Assembly: GCF_031769215.1 (NCBI RefSeq)
Contig: NW_026782857.1
Span: 62,001-126,000, forward strand
DNA: 64,000 bases
From: Ylistrum balloti
Taxonomy: Eukaryota
Reading direction: 5' to 3'
Below are positions 24,101 to 33,961 of the stretch, piece by piece (the first letter of the stretch is position 1; every line of letters begins with the position of its first letter). Below the pieces are notes generated by a model. The model saw only the letters and a program-made list of their open reading frames with translations, did no database searches and had not been told where the DNA came from. Both the position numbers and the translations under genes were made by a program.

Positions 24101-26144
24101 TCCTCCACACCCAACCCATTGTCTATTACTTACTGTGACCTTCAATGTTCTTCTCCTCCAGACCCATCCCATTGTCCATTACTTACTGAGACCTTCAAAG
24201 TTCTTCTCCTCCACACCCAACCTATTGTCTATTACTTACTGTGACTTTCAAAGTTCTTCTCCTCCCATTGTCCATTACCAGACCTTCAAAGATTCCACAC
24301 AATCTATTACTTACTGTGACTTTCAAAGTTCTTCTCCTCCAGACCAGATTCACAATCTATTACTTACTGAGACCTTCAAAATTCTTCTCCTCCACACCAG
24401 ACCCATTGTCTATTACTTCAACTACTTTGATACCATGGTCCCGTAATTTCACTTCTGAAAAAGAACATAAATTCAGCTTCAGAGACCAACTGAATTTTTA
24501 TTTTGGCCAGAAGTACAAAATCTTTACCATCTCACAAAGGTGGAATACTATAAGACAAACCACTGGTTTTGGTTACACATGTGTATCAATCAATAATATA
24601 CTTTCAACATTTCTTAAATTTCAGAAAGATGTTTTTTTACATTTCAACATGCAGTGTACTTAAGTTATCAAATTATAAAACACAAGAAATTCTCAATTCA
24701 GATCACTGGAACAAATAGACAGTGTTCATATCTGATGTGTGTCTTTTTAGTACATTTCCATGCTAACATCACCACTGTTAGGCAGTGTGATCCTCATGTA
24801 GAAATTAGGAAAATAACAATGTAGTATATTTCTGCCATTTGAAAGACGTTTCCTTTAACCATGCCTAGTCCTAGTTTCCTATTACCAAACCTACAGTCCT
24901 AGTCTTCTATTACCAAACCTACAGTCCTGGTCTTCTATAACCAAACCTACAGTCCTAGTTTCCTATTACCATGCCTACAGTCCTAGTCTTCCATAATCAA
25001 ACCTACAGTCCTAGTTTCCTATTACCAAACCTACAGTCAAGTCTACTATAACCAAACCTACAGTCCCAGTTTCCTATAACCATACCTACAGTGCTAGATT
25101 CCTATAACCAAACCTACAGTCCTGGATACCTATTACCATATCTACAGTCCTAGTCTTCTATTACCATACCTACAGTCCTAGTTTCCTATATATCCAAACC
25201 TACAGTCTTAGTCTTCTATTACCATACCTACAGTCCTAGTCTTCTATAACCAAACCTACAGTCCTAGTTTCCTATTACCATATCTACAGTCCTAGTCTTC
25301 CATAACTAAACCTAGTCCTAGTTTCCTATATATCAAACCTACAGTCCTAGTCTTCTATTACCATACCTACAGTCCTAGTTTCCTATATATCCAAACCTAC
25401 AGTCTTAGTCTTCTATTACCATACCTACAGTCCTAGTCTCATATTTCCATACCTACAGAAGTAGCACCAGCATCAATACTGTTTTCGATAAGTTCCTTCA
25501 CAGCTGTAGCCAGTGTCAGTACCACTTGTCCAGAACAGATTCTGTGAACTGATCTCTTGTCTATGGCCTTGATGCTCCCAGCCTGGGGCAGCTCATCTTC
25601 AACACTATGATGAAAATGTTATTGAATTCACATAAAACAAATATATGTAATGTCAGGCCGAGCTCAGAAACAATGAATCAACATTAATTAAAGTGAAGCT
25701 GGATTATCACTGGAGTCAATTTATACGAGTTGAAGAAAAACATAATATTTTTCAAGAATGAAGTTTTGAGAATATTCAGAGGTTCAGAATATTCTCATCA
25801 GAATGTTTTAGGAAAGAAAAAGAATTCTGATCAGTTAAATCAGCCACTTTTCCATGGAGAATCTGCTCCCAAGTCTAAATCTACTAGAGCCACTGAGCCA
25901 GTTGAAATGAAGCACTAATCATATCACTAATTCTATGTCCTATGACAGCAATTTGTGACACATTTTCCTGTTTTAATGTACCATATATATTCTGTACTAT
26001 TAATTGCCTGGGTGTAAGGCGACATGTGCACTCAACTTCTAAGGCAATAAGTAAATTGAATTCGTACCGTATAACCACATTCCATCATAGATAAACTACT
26101 GCAGTCATATAAGAGACGAAAACTTACCATACCGTTTCCTCCAT
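70..26144 (-). CDS. PMS2: PMS2 mismatch repair endonuclease (MutL-alpha subunit), spliced gene, 3' end runs off the window
   Basis: Exons joined by GT-AG and phase: 26128-26144, 25453-25604, 24368-24454, 22186-22288, 21015-21117, 19817-19986, 19034-19112, 18618-18712, 17486-17585, 16795-16959, 15149-15224, [13569-13611 + 13000-13033, or 13000-13076], 11931-12021, 9017-9879, 7485-7578, 6117-6213, 5642-5678, 3866-3996, 3261-3361, 2539-2607, 570-607, 70-174. Total 2850 nt, no stop. Motifs: [12 protein letters not shown] and [11 protein letters not shown] (GHKL ATPase), [29 protein letters not shown] (endonuclease), [24 protein letters not shown]. The CPHGRP exon is not in the window. Confidence 0.96.
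570..607 (-). CDS. PMS2: PMS2 exon 22
   Basis: [13 protein letters not shown] / gtgagt. Confidence 0.94.
941..2241. repeat. 40-nt minisatellite, about 32 copies
   Basis: ATGGGATGGACATAGGTGGTGGGTAACACTATCTATACCC. Confidence 0.97.
2539..2607 (-). CDS. PMS2: PMS2 exon 21
   Basis: [23 protein letters not shown]. Confidence 0.95.
3261..3361 (-). CDS. PMS2: PMS2 exon 20
   Basis: [34 protein letters not shown]. Confidence 0.96.
3555..3846 (+). repeat. G-rich degenerate repeat
   Basis: Many G3-G6 runs (gagggggaggtgttgggggatggg). Confidence 0.85.
3866..3996 (-). CDS. PMS2: PMS2 exon 19 (endonuclease motif)
   Basis: [43 protein letters not shown]. Confidence 0.98.
4787..5178. repeat. 45-nt minisatellite, about 8 copies
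   Basis: CCTAGAAGGACGAAACAGCTGTATGATGTAACATCACTGACAAGT. Confidence 0.96.
5642..5678 (-). CDS. PMS2: PMS2 exon 18
   Basis: [13 protein letters not shown] / gtgagt. Confidence 0.93.
6001..6116 (-). repeat. 21-nt array starting at the PMS2 exon 17 donor
   Basis: Minus-strand unit GTAAGTTTAATGGGAAATCAT, about 5 copies. Confidence 0.9.
6117..6213 (-). CDS. PMS2: PMS2 exon 17
   Basis: [32 protein letters not shown]. Confidence 0.95.
6571..7385. repeat. 30-nt minisatellite with periodic 8-nt insertions
   Basis: ATAGAAATCCTCCAATAAGGTA(G/A)GTGTGTT, plus AGAAAGAT variants. Confidence 0.96.
7485..7578 (-). CDS. PMS2: PMS2 exon 16
   Basis: [31 protein letters not shown] (FSM motif preceding the C-terminal domain). 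Confidence 0.85.
7976..8778. repeat. 25-nt minisatellite, about 32 copies
   Basis: GTTACGGGCTATACAATCTAGTGTC. Confidence 0.96.
9017..9879 (-). CDS. PMS2: PMS2 exon 15, large Ser/Asp-rich linker exon (863 nt)
   Basis: Matches ORF 8984-9898; ttaacag acceptor and TCA/gtaagt donor; phases fit both neighbours. Confidence 0.9.
10252..11010. repeat. 47-nt minisatellite, about 16 copies
   Basis: TAAACACATGGGTCCCACTTGGTGTGTGAGGCCTATTTGATATATAC. Confidence 0.96.
11020..11385 (+). mobile_element. 3' part of the same non-autonomous element family
   Basis: aggaggaataggatttt and ggatgcttagaccaaattt blocks, ggacagatggacgg, ends ggtcaggtgagct. Confidence 0.55.
11931..12021 (-). CDS. PMS2: PMS2 exon 14
   Basis: [30 protein letters not shown], resembling the SISRLREAFS linker motif of vertebrate PMS2; phase joins exon 15. 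Confidence 0.85.
13000..13076 (-). CDS. PMS2: PMS2 candidate linker exon 13 (acceptor at 13076 or 13033)
   Basis: Ends [11 protein letters not shown] / gtaagt and supplies the phase 0 needed by exon 14. Confidence 0.6.
13569..13611 (-). CDS. PMS2: PMS2 candidate linker exon 12
   Basis: ttcttag / [17 protein letters not shown] / gtaagt; in frame only together with the 13033 acceptor. Confidence 0.5.
14425..14610. repeat. Degenerate ~18-nt repeat
   Basis: cacaataatgtcacattc variants. Confidence 0.75.
14790..14950. repeat. 39-nt repeat, about 4 copies
   Basis: TAACAACTAGGACTCCCTTGGTCAGATAAAACCCAATGT. Confidence 0.9.
15149..15224 (-). CDS. PMS2: PMS2 exon 11
   Basis: [25 protein letters not shown]; cttcag acceptor, G/gtacta donor. 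Confidence 0.85.
15865..16630. repeat. 24-nt minisatellite, about 31 copies
   Basis: CTACAGGCTGCAAAAGTTTGTAAT. Confidence 0.96.
16795..16959 (-). CDS. PMS2: PMS2 exon 10
   Basis: [55 protein letters not shown]. Confidence 0.97.
17486..17585 (-). CDS. PMS2: PMS2 exon 9
   Basis: [34 protein letters not shown]. Confidence 0.96.
17635..18545. repeat. 58-nt minisatellite, about 15 copies
   Basis: AACACATAACCTCTCACTTAACATCAGGGGTGGGCTTATTACAGGACCTCAGCAGTCC. Confidence 0.96.
18618..18712 (-). CDS. PMS2: PMS2 exon 8
   Basis: [31 protein letters not shown]. Confidence 0.92.
19034..19112 (-). CDS. PMS2: PMS2 exon 7
   Basis: [27 protein letters not shown]; the acceptor is the last unit of a 45-nt array. 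Confidence 0.92.
19113..19790 (-). repeat. 45-nt array made of the PMS2 exon 7 acceptor plus exon start
   Basis: Minus-strand unit GTGTGTTACTGTTTCAG/TGAGAGGTCTATCATGGTGTATAGTAGT; 15 units upstream of the real one. Confidence 0.97.
19817..19986 (-). CDS. PMS2: PMS2 exon 6
   Basis: [56 protein letters not shown]. Confidence 0.96.
20368..20810 (+). mobile_element. Degenerate non-autonomous element, related family
   Basis: accaagaggccgaggggcctgaatggtcaactgagt start; ggggtcatgaaatttac block. Confidence 0.45.
21015..21117 (-). CDS. PMS2: PMS2 exon 5
   Basis: [35 protein letters not shown]. Confidence 0.95.
21216..22042 (+). mobile_element. Non-autonomous Helitron/Helentron-like element, near-complete copy
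   Basis: Starts aaaacaagaggccc...tcgctca; (GGAT/GGAC)n near the 3' end; terminal hairpin agctcac...gtgagct; sits between A-runs. Related pieces occur elsewhere in the window. Confidence 0.65.
22186..22288 (-). CDS. PMS2: PMS2 exon 4
   Basis: [34 protein letters not shown]. Confidence 0.97.
22645..23070. repeat. 62-nt minisatellite, about 6 copies
   Basis: CCACTAACTACAATGGCAACACAAGAGGTCGACACTAATTACAGTGAAAAACCAGGACCTTG. Confidence 0.93.
23328..23745. repeat. 56-58-nt minisatellite, about 7 copies
   Basis: AAACCAGAATGGGACTCACACCTAGGACCTCTAAACTCCAGACACAGTCTCTAATCTA. Confidence 0.93.
23755..24420 (-). repeat. 53-nt array made of the 3' half of PMS2 exon 3 plus its donor
   Basis: Minus-strand unit GTAATAGACAATGGGTTGGGTGTGGAGGAGAAGAATTTTGAAGGTCTCA/GTAA. 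Confidence 0.97.
24368..24454 (-). CDS. PMS2: PMS2 exon 3
   Basis: [29 protein letters not shown]; 87 nt; tttcag and gtaagt flanks. Confidence 0.96.
24855..25458 (-). repeat. ~28-nt array containing the PMS2 exon 2 junction CTGTAG/GTATGG
   Basis: Plus-strand unit CTACAGTCCTAGTTTCCTATTACCA(T/A)AC, about 21 copies. Confidence 0.93.
25453..25604 (-). CDS. PMS2: PMS2 exon 2
   Basis: [40 protein letters not shown]; ag/gt flanks. Confidence 0.97.
26128..26144 (-). CDS. PMS2: PMS2 exon 1 (MEETV, phase 2)
   Basis: ATGGAGGAAACGGTATG followed by gtaagt; phase joins exon 2. Confidence 0.8.
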
Positions 26145-26184
26145 TCTATTCATTTAGCAGCTTACAGCCAAGTTTCTCTTTGCC

Positions 26185-26194
26185 TTTTGGCGGG
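26185..26194. promoter_or_regulatory. E2F-like site in the PMS2 proximal promoter/5'UTR
   Basis: TTTTGGCGGG about 40 nt upstream of the ATG; motif match only. Confidence 0.35.
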
Positions 26195-26839
26195 TAAAGA
26201 GGCAAACAAGACACGTTACCCCATGTGTGAGACGAATAACAAATAACAAATGTTAGAAGATTGTGTTAAATTCATAAAAAAAAAACAAATCAAACTGTAC
26301 CAACTTCAAGAGTTGTCAATGAATATTATTTGTAAAAGAAGTATTTACGATAAAGTGAAACTACATATTATTGTACTAACGGAAATCGTAAACCTTCCAC
26401 TAAAATTAAAACCAGAAGACGCAAAATTCCGGAATATTTTAAATCACGGAATGTTTTTCTAAGAAGTGTGATAAGATAATATGTGCAGTACAATATACAA
26501 TGCAGATTTGGTTCTTTTTATCAAGATGATATTTGTCTTTGAATGTTTCTCAGAATATTGAACGTTCCGGAGTAAGATATTATTGTACATATAGTTCATA
26601 TTCTTAACGTGAATATGTTTGAACAGAATACTGATGTGTCCGTGTGTATTTATAGTCATATCAAATATAAACACAACGTTTTGCATTCGATTGTATCATA
26701 CATTTTTCATTCATAGTTTCTACAAAAATCAATTTCAATTTAAGTGAATTACATATACAAGTCAAACGTATTTTAGAGCATGTATGGAGTTTACTAAATC
26801 GTTCTAATTAACTTTTGTTCAGTCGATAGGTCATAGGAC

Positions 26840-27450
26840 ATCCCAATAAAATACGTATTCATGTAAAATCTGGCAAATAATGTAAATATAAACTTAATTC
26901 ATTATTTGAGCTTCGGACGATCACACACCATAGATCATAACGGATGTCTTCTGTTTCGGTACAATGTAAAATAGCATGGCTTGCTATATCTGTATAGAAA
27001 CAACTACAAGAGTGACACACACAAAAATGTGTATTAGGAACCCGTACAGATACCATCATTTTGATAATATACCGAACGATGTCCTGATATCTTGGATGAT
27101 ACAGAGCTAACAGTCGTGAAATAACCAAAGTCTGCGTCGTTGGACATTCTTTGTTTCCAAGCGTTCGTTTCGTAATCAGTTACAGATCTATAAACTAATG
27201 ATGGTTTATTTGGGAAAATACCATCATGTAGGAATAGTTCGATATGTTCAAATAAATTATGCTTTTTAAGTATCTGGTATATATACCTCTTTAAGTACAC
27301 TCCTTTACTGTATGTGATTTTTTTAAAAAATCTACAAGTAAATAATTTCTTTTCAAATAACACATCTTGCCCAGAAACAAAAGTTTTTTTTTCTAATCTC
27401 TGTTTAAGCTTGTAAAGACGCCCATCCAAGTAAACAGACTCAAGCGTCAT
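26840..27450 (-). mobile_element. Decayed non-LTR retrotransposon C-terminal region with CCHC-type motif
   Basis: Two overlapping, frameshifted ORFs (27034-27450, 26859-27128). The second carries CHSC...HAILHC...IRYDLW, like the C-terminal zinc knuckle of LINE ORF2. Confidence 0.5.
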
Positions 27451-27899
27451 TTCTTGTTCTCTTATCTAGACCCTGGACAGACTTAACTATAAGATGTTGG
27501 GTCCTCTCTAGCATTCAGTATTCTAAACTATCGTAATTCCGTATCGGTACAATGCAGAAGGCTAGACTTTACTTTTCACAATCTTTGAAACTGTTGATAG
27601 GTTCAGTTTCATTCACGGGGAAGTAACGGCTGTAAAACTGGTGAATGTGGCGGTAGAGAGGGGGTGGGGAAGGGAGGGATATGGTAATCAGCTTACACTC
27701 GTTAATAATCAGGTCAAAAGTAGGTTCCAGGATTGTGTTCTATGGTTTTCCTTATATGACATTCTTATATCATTCACACAGGGCAACCTGATGAGACGGA
27801 GGAGGAGGTAGTCCAGAACTCAAACCACAGCGACTACAGCGTCTATGAGCCAGACAATGAAGATGACACATCCAGTGAGGTCTTAGAGGAAGATCATGG

Positions 27900-28135
27900 G
27901 CAACAAGCACCAGTCATAGATCAACCTAGACAGGGACCTGATCATGGCGACAGGAACGGAAAGATCACAGATTATTCGGGAAGCAAGGGAGCATAAGGGA
28001 GGGCTTGCAGTGATCTGGTTGGATTTAGCCAACGCATATGGGTCGATGCCTCATAAGCTGGTCCAGCTGACCCTCGAGCGTTACCATGTTCTCGAGAAGA
28101 CCAGACATCTGTTGGAAGACTCACTGACCAATCAG
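27900..28135 (+). mobile_element. Non-LTR reverse transcriptase fragment (R2/Hero-like)
   Basis: IIREAREHKGGLAVIWLDLANAYGSMPHKLVQLTLERYHV is an RT domain 3-type motif; clade assignment from memory. Confidence 0.7.
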
Positions 28136-28829
28136 GATCTTGTTTGGGTAAAGTCAATGACTATTGACTGACTAAGTCGAATCTTGTTTTGGTTGATGAA
28201 CCACACAAATACTCGTAAGTACTAGAAATTAGCCATTCTGGTTTTTTTTTTCAGTTAAATTATAAAAGTATATCAAATATGAAACAGTCAATTTGATTAA
28301 ATTTCTATTCTTATCCTGAAAGCAAAACGGTTTTACCTTGCATTTAATGTGTTATAAATGAGTTATGACATTCATTTTGTTTCAGCTGATTTATTTTCTA
28401 TGGTACAAATGATATCTACTGACAGCTGCAAAGGTGATAAAGTCTAAAAAAAAATAACTCATTCAATACATCAACAATAATATTTCAGGTTCTAGTTCCA
28501 GAAATATTAAAAAAGAAAAGAAATATTAAAAAATGAAATCAATTGATCAACATTTAGTTGTTTTTAAAGCATTTTAAGTAAAAAAAATTAGCATATAATT
28601 TTAACCAGAGCTACATATATCATTTTTCAGCATAGTGGAAAAATTGTAAAACGTCTGTTGTGCGGGGAAATAAAGATGGATGTTCGATCTTCTACTTTTT
28701 TTGTTTATAAAATGGAATTTCAACCTAATCAATTAAATATGATGAATAATTCCATTTTATTGATAACCAGTCGTACAAAGCACAAGTTTGCTGTAATTTG
28801 CTACAAATCATAAGAGACCTCTAGATATA

Positions 28830-30410
28830 TAGAGATAATGATAATATACTGGACGCAGGCGTATTACGCCTATATATCCAGATCAAAGTTAAAAAGAATT
28901 AGTATCCCGAATACGGATCAGTGTGTTATTGTCTAGTTCATAATTATAAACATTCAGTTTGCCTCCAATCGAGATTCGAAAGTTTTGATTGTTGGTGACG
29001 TTATAACAGCATTAGGAAGTGAATTCCAGTGGTTTACCACACGTTCACAGAAAGAATACTTCCTCATATTTAATCTGCTCCTTCTTTTTAATAGTGGAAA
29101 ACTGTGCCCTCGTGTTATATTGTTATTGTTTTGTATCAGGAAATCCTCAGCGAGAGCACTACCATATCCTCCATGTGTTAGTTTGTATACCTGAATCATA
29201 TCTCCTCTCCAACTTTTGTGCCTCAGTGTCGGTAATTTAAGGATCCATAGCCTGCTTTCAGAGTTTAGGTCTTTCATTCCCGGTATTTGTTTCGTTGCTC
29301 TTTTCTGTACATTTTCCAACTCTTTTATGTCTTTTTGCAGATAGGGATTCCACACTCAGGACCCATATTCAAGGTGCGGACGTACAAGCGCTTTATATAA
29401 AAGACAGATGACTTTTTGTCGAAGTACGTGTATGTTCTTCGGATGGTTCCCATTATTCTATTGTCTTTATTGACTGCATCGTATATATTTGTTCGTTGAA
29501 ATCAAGGTTGTTGTCTGTTATAATTCCAAGGTCCTTTTCTTTTGTTACCTGATCTAATGTAGCATCGACTCTTCCATTTCCCTCGTCTCTATATAAGTTT
29601 ACCTGTGTATTATCGGTTTTCTTTCCTACGTGTATAACTTTGCATTTGTCCGCGTGAAATTTCAAGAGCCATGTATCGGACCATTGTTGAAGCTAATCTA
29701 AATCTTTCTGAAGATTCAAGTTATCATTATGAAAGTAAATTTTGCAAATAAATATGTTCTTGCGTTAATAGTTTCCGGAAGATCATTGATGTAAACTACG
29801 AAAAAAGGATGGACCTAAAACGCTTCCCTGTGGGATCCCACTTGTTACCGCCCTCCAGTCTGACATTTCCCAATCTACTGATACGTGCTGTTTTCTGCCA
29901 GTTAAGAAACTTTGAACCCATTTGATTATTTCTGGTGATAGTCCGTATGCCTTTAATTTGCCTAAGAGTCTTTGATATGGGACATTGTCGAATGCTTTCA
30001 TAAAGTCTAGATACACAATTTGGATTGATCCCCCTGATCGATAATCTCTGTCCCATGATCAATAACTTTTAACATCTGTAAAACAGTTGACCTTCCGTTG
30101 ACGAATCCAACTTGGTGCTTACTTAGGAGATTGTTATCTTCCAGATGGGTCATTATTCTTGTCTTCACGATTTTCTCCATAGCTTTACATAGTACACTTG
30201 TTAAGCTAATTGGCCTGTAATTTGCTGGTGATTTCTTGTCCCCCTTTTTTGTGTATTGCAGTAACCTGACCTTCCTTCCAGCCTTCAGGAAGTTCTCCAG
30301 ACTTTAGGGAAGAGTTAAAGATATCACATAAAAGAGTTTTCAATATATCAGCAGTTTCTTTAAGTACTCTCGGATGAATATTATCTGGTCCTTTGCAATA
30401 AAACTTCTCG
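28830..30410 (-). mobile_element. 5'-truncated, inactive CR1-clade LINE
   Basis: Frameshifted blocks KGPDNIHPRVLKE, YLDFMKAFDNVP, GIPQGSVLGP, KFHADKCKV, EKDLGI, LENVQKRATK, TRGHS, FCERVVNHWNSLP. The catalytic FADD aspartates appear deleted near 29740. 3' stem-loop (ctgga..ggcgt-aat-acgcc..tccag) at about 28850-28885. Confidence 0.92.
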
Positions 30411-31199
30411 TAGCTTTGTGCCAAATTGCTACAAAGTTGTTGCAGACAAAAGTTGTTTGCCAAAATGTCACGAAATGTTTTTGCTAGCTGTAATATCTTC
30501 TGAGCTTCTTACAAGAAGAATAGGTTGTAGCAATTTTGCAGTAAAATTTAATTTCTGCCAAGGTATGTGTAGGCTTTTGGCAGATTTATGCAACAAATGT
30601 ACTTTGATTGTGTAACGAACATTGGTTAGATAAGACTTCGGCTATCATTCTTGGCTGATTTAAGCTTACTTTCTTCCAACGATAACCGTTTCAAGGCTCC
30701 TACTAATGCATAATACAACTATATAACTACTGATATCATGAACGGTATCTCCAAAGAACTGCTTCAGAATAAAGCTGTGAAATATATGGCATTTTAAAGC
30801 AGTGAATTTCCAGTTAGTTGAAAACTGTGTTTTGAATTTTTAAGAGAGTTTGGCACTGCTTTAGCTCTGACAGGAGTTTGTTCTTTCAGTCTGGAGGGTT
30901 CGGAGCTCGTTGCTGTGGTACTTTCAACGTGCAGCGAGTGTGGTGCAGATCATAGGGAGATAACTCCTGAATAAAATTTTACTATAGTATTCAGTGTAAC
31001 AAGAGAGTAATTCACGACTAAAAGAAATCAACTTTCTAAAAATGTCTAGGATATAATGAAAAAGTTTTAATTCTAATTTTCATAATTTATAATTGAGACA
31101 TGAAACTTTTGGAAAAAGAAGAACTGAACGGTCGTGTTTAGAGAGCATGTATGGGGGAAATAGAATATCAATGTCCGGCAGTGCTATATGTAGTTATAG

Positions 31200-31550
31200 G
31201 GAGTAGATCTCAGCTGTTTCACAGATATAATGAATAACATAACATAAACCCTCTGACCTCTTGACCTCAGGGCCAAATATTTCAGAAATTCAAAAGAGGG
31301 TTGGTCGTTGATCATAATGAAGTGTGCCTGCTCTGCTATTTGTAGGAGTAAAGAAGATTCTTAAAGATGGTCCAAATTTTAATCTATTTGACCCTACCCC
31401 TAAGGGCCCCTGAGGACATAGCCCCATAAATTCAGATCCTACCAATGTTACATGTCGATTTTGTTTAAAGTTGACCAAGTAGTTCTGAAAATTGAAATAT
31501 AAAAAGTTGACGGATGCTGCAGTATGCTATCCCTGGTCAGTTTAACTAAA
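31200..31550 (+). mobile_element. Degenerate non-autonomous element fragment
   Basis: ggggccaaat, aagaagattc and tttgaccaagtagttctg blocks shared with the other copies. Confidence 0.4.
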
Positions 31551-31715
31551 AAAATACACATACAATTATGGTAAAAATTGAGATAGATTTTATCAAGCTT
31601 TGAGTACTAACAAGATAAGAAATAGTAATACATCACACAGTCAATATTGACCAATCTCCAGCTGCTACATCTTATATATCTAGAAGTTCCAATTTAATCT
31701 GTTGATGTTTTTCTG

Positions 31716-31852
31716 TCAATCAGCGTGTTCAAGCCTATTTAAGCGATCTTCGATAAGCGATTGCCATGAACTGTCTACCCAGTTGTCCAATCGTTGCTGT
31801 TTCACATCCATGTGTTTGTTGTGACACGCAGTCATTAGGATGTGTTCCCACG
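31716..31852 (-). CDS. Second intact copy of the NT5C/NT5M terminal exon (alternative last exon or paralog remnant)
   Basis: ttgtttag / CG W-E-H-I-L-M-T-A-C-H-N-K-H-M-D-V-K-Q-Q-R-L-D-N-W-V-D-S-S-W-Q-S-L-I-E-D-R-L-N-R-L-E-H-A-D stop; same phase 1 as the main terminal exon; ATTAAA at 31693-31698. Confidence 0.75.
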
Positions 31853-33961
31853 CTAAACAATTTATGTATTTTCCGACAGAATCGATTCCATTAAATCCAA
31901 TTTCAATTATATATTCTTGAACGTTACGTACTATTCAGAGCCGTCAGAGATATTGGGAAGTATTGTTTTTACACGATACAACCGTTTATCTAGAGTTTGT
32001 ACGCGTTGAGAGATGACTTCAGTAGTTCTGATAGTCCTCCTCATGTACATTTCAGAATTTTGACACTGACTGGCTTGGTAGTTTTAATAATGCTTGCAAG
32101 ATTTCTCTATCAAACATTGGTTTTCAGTCCCCTGGGATGGGAAGGGCAGGACCCGATAGGGGCAATCGAGCAAACTATTTAATATCCTACTCCTTCTCTA
32201 GGAATGATTGAATTCTGTTCCAATTTGGTCTGAAGCTTTCTTTGGTGAAGAGGATCAATTTTGTTTAAAAGTGGGTCCTCTCCCTGGGCCGAGAGGGGCG
32301 GGCTCAATTGGGGAAAGAGAAAATTCTCCTGTTGGAATAACTAAATTTTGTCCAAATTTGACCTGAAGCATCCTTGGGTGAATAGAACTTGGGGCAGAGG
32401 GTCAAGGCCTTCCAAGGGAAGCAGAATCTTCTGCAAAGATACTACATTCCTGATTACTCTTTCCTATCATACAGATAAAGGTAAATTCAAATACCAGGTA
32501 CTGCATAATTCATTACAAACTTTATTGATTTTTTTTCAAAAATCAAACTGCTATATAAATTGAGCAGCATTCATAGTTTCTAAGCAGTCTTTATTAAGAT
32601 AAAGGATGAATCATAAGTTAAGTATATAAAAACAAAACAGTTAACACAATTACAAAATATTTATCACCTCCAAATATGAACAAGTAAAATTAGATGAAAT
32701 ATTGTTACAGACATGACTTCCCAATGTTAAAATCCACCTGTTCATCAGTGTAACAGTGAGGTATTATGAAAAATATCTCCCACACTTGTACTAGGAATCT
32801 GTTGTCTCTAAAAAACACATACACTGAAAACAAAAAACTTTGATGAAGTTGATTCATCACTTGTATTACATTAGAATCATCATGTAGGAAGATGAAATTT
32901 TGACGGTAAAAAATATTGCTATTGCTTAAGGCAGTGAATCTGGGAGATCAGAATAGCCATATTAAACGCATCTCCCTTCTGTAACACATATTAACATAAT
33001 ATCTCAACTTTATCAAACATTAGATAGACAAGTGGGTTACTGGCCTTTTCTGTCCCACTATGCTGCTTCTGTTTTAGCGGTATGACCAGTTTGACTGGCC
33101 TTGATTTGTTTATAAAACAAGGATGGACCCATATCTTAATTTTTTTGATGGGTCTTCGCACAGACTTTCGAGACCTTTAATGTTATCTGTAGGTGTGTCA
33201 TGTTTTATACAAAACTGATGAGCTGGTTTGTGTGCTTTAATGATAGTAGGCCCATACATCAATATTAAGTCAATTAGATTAGATTTATCTCCCTTCTAAC
33301 TCTCTTACTTACATCCGTCTATTTTTCTACTTCGATAACAGTATTATAAAGAAGACTTATGGTTTATATTCTATTACATAACATTCATGACATAATTCAT
33401 GTATCACACTAGACAAGGCCCCACTTACTGCACATTTGTCCATTACAAGACCTGAGGAAACAGGAAACACTTGAACTTTTCCTGAAATTATTGGTCATGT
33501 TTGAGATATACAGGTATGGCAGTTTGGTTATTAAAAATACATCCTTACATGTATATATATCTATAAACTATTGCGTAAATAAAACATTTCCTGACTTCTC
33601 ATATGTGATTGCCATGGTTACCAACTAAAGAAATGCTAAAAATGCAAAAACACTGCTAATTCCAACCTAACACTACAACTTAATAGAAGAAATTTATTTC
33701 TGAACATCTATCTTAAAATGAACCACATTGTCATGGTAACAAACTACTTACATTTTAGCAAATTCAAACTACACAGCATGACCATGTGTAAACACTATGG
33801 AAATTTAACTTTCTGTAAAGCTAGTTTTTGGTGTGTAAACAAGGATTCGAGAATGACCAAATAATAATCTCCAACACTATGCAAAAACATTATTCTGAAA
33901 ATATAAAACCCCACTTCAACATGACAAGATCAATTTTAGCAAGGATTTATGTTTTAAAATA

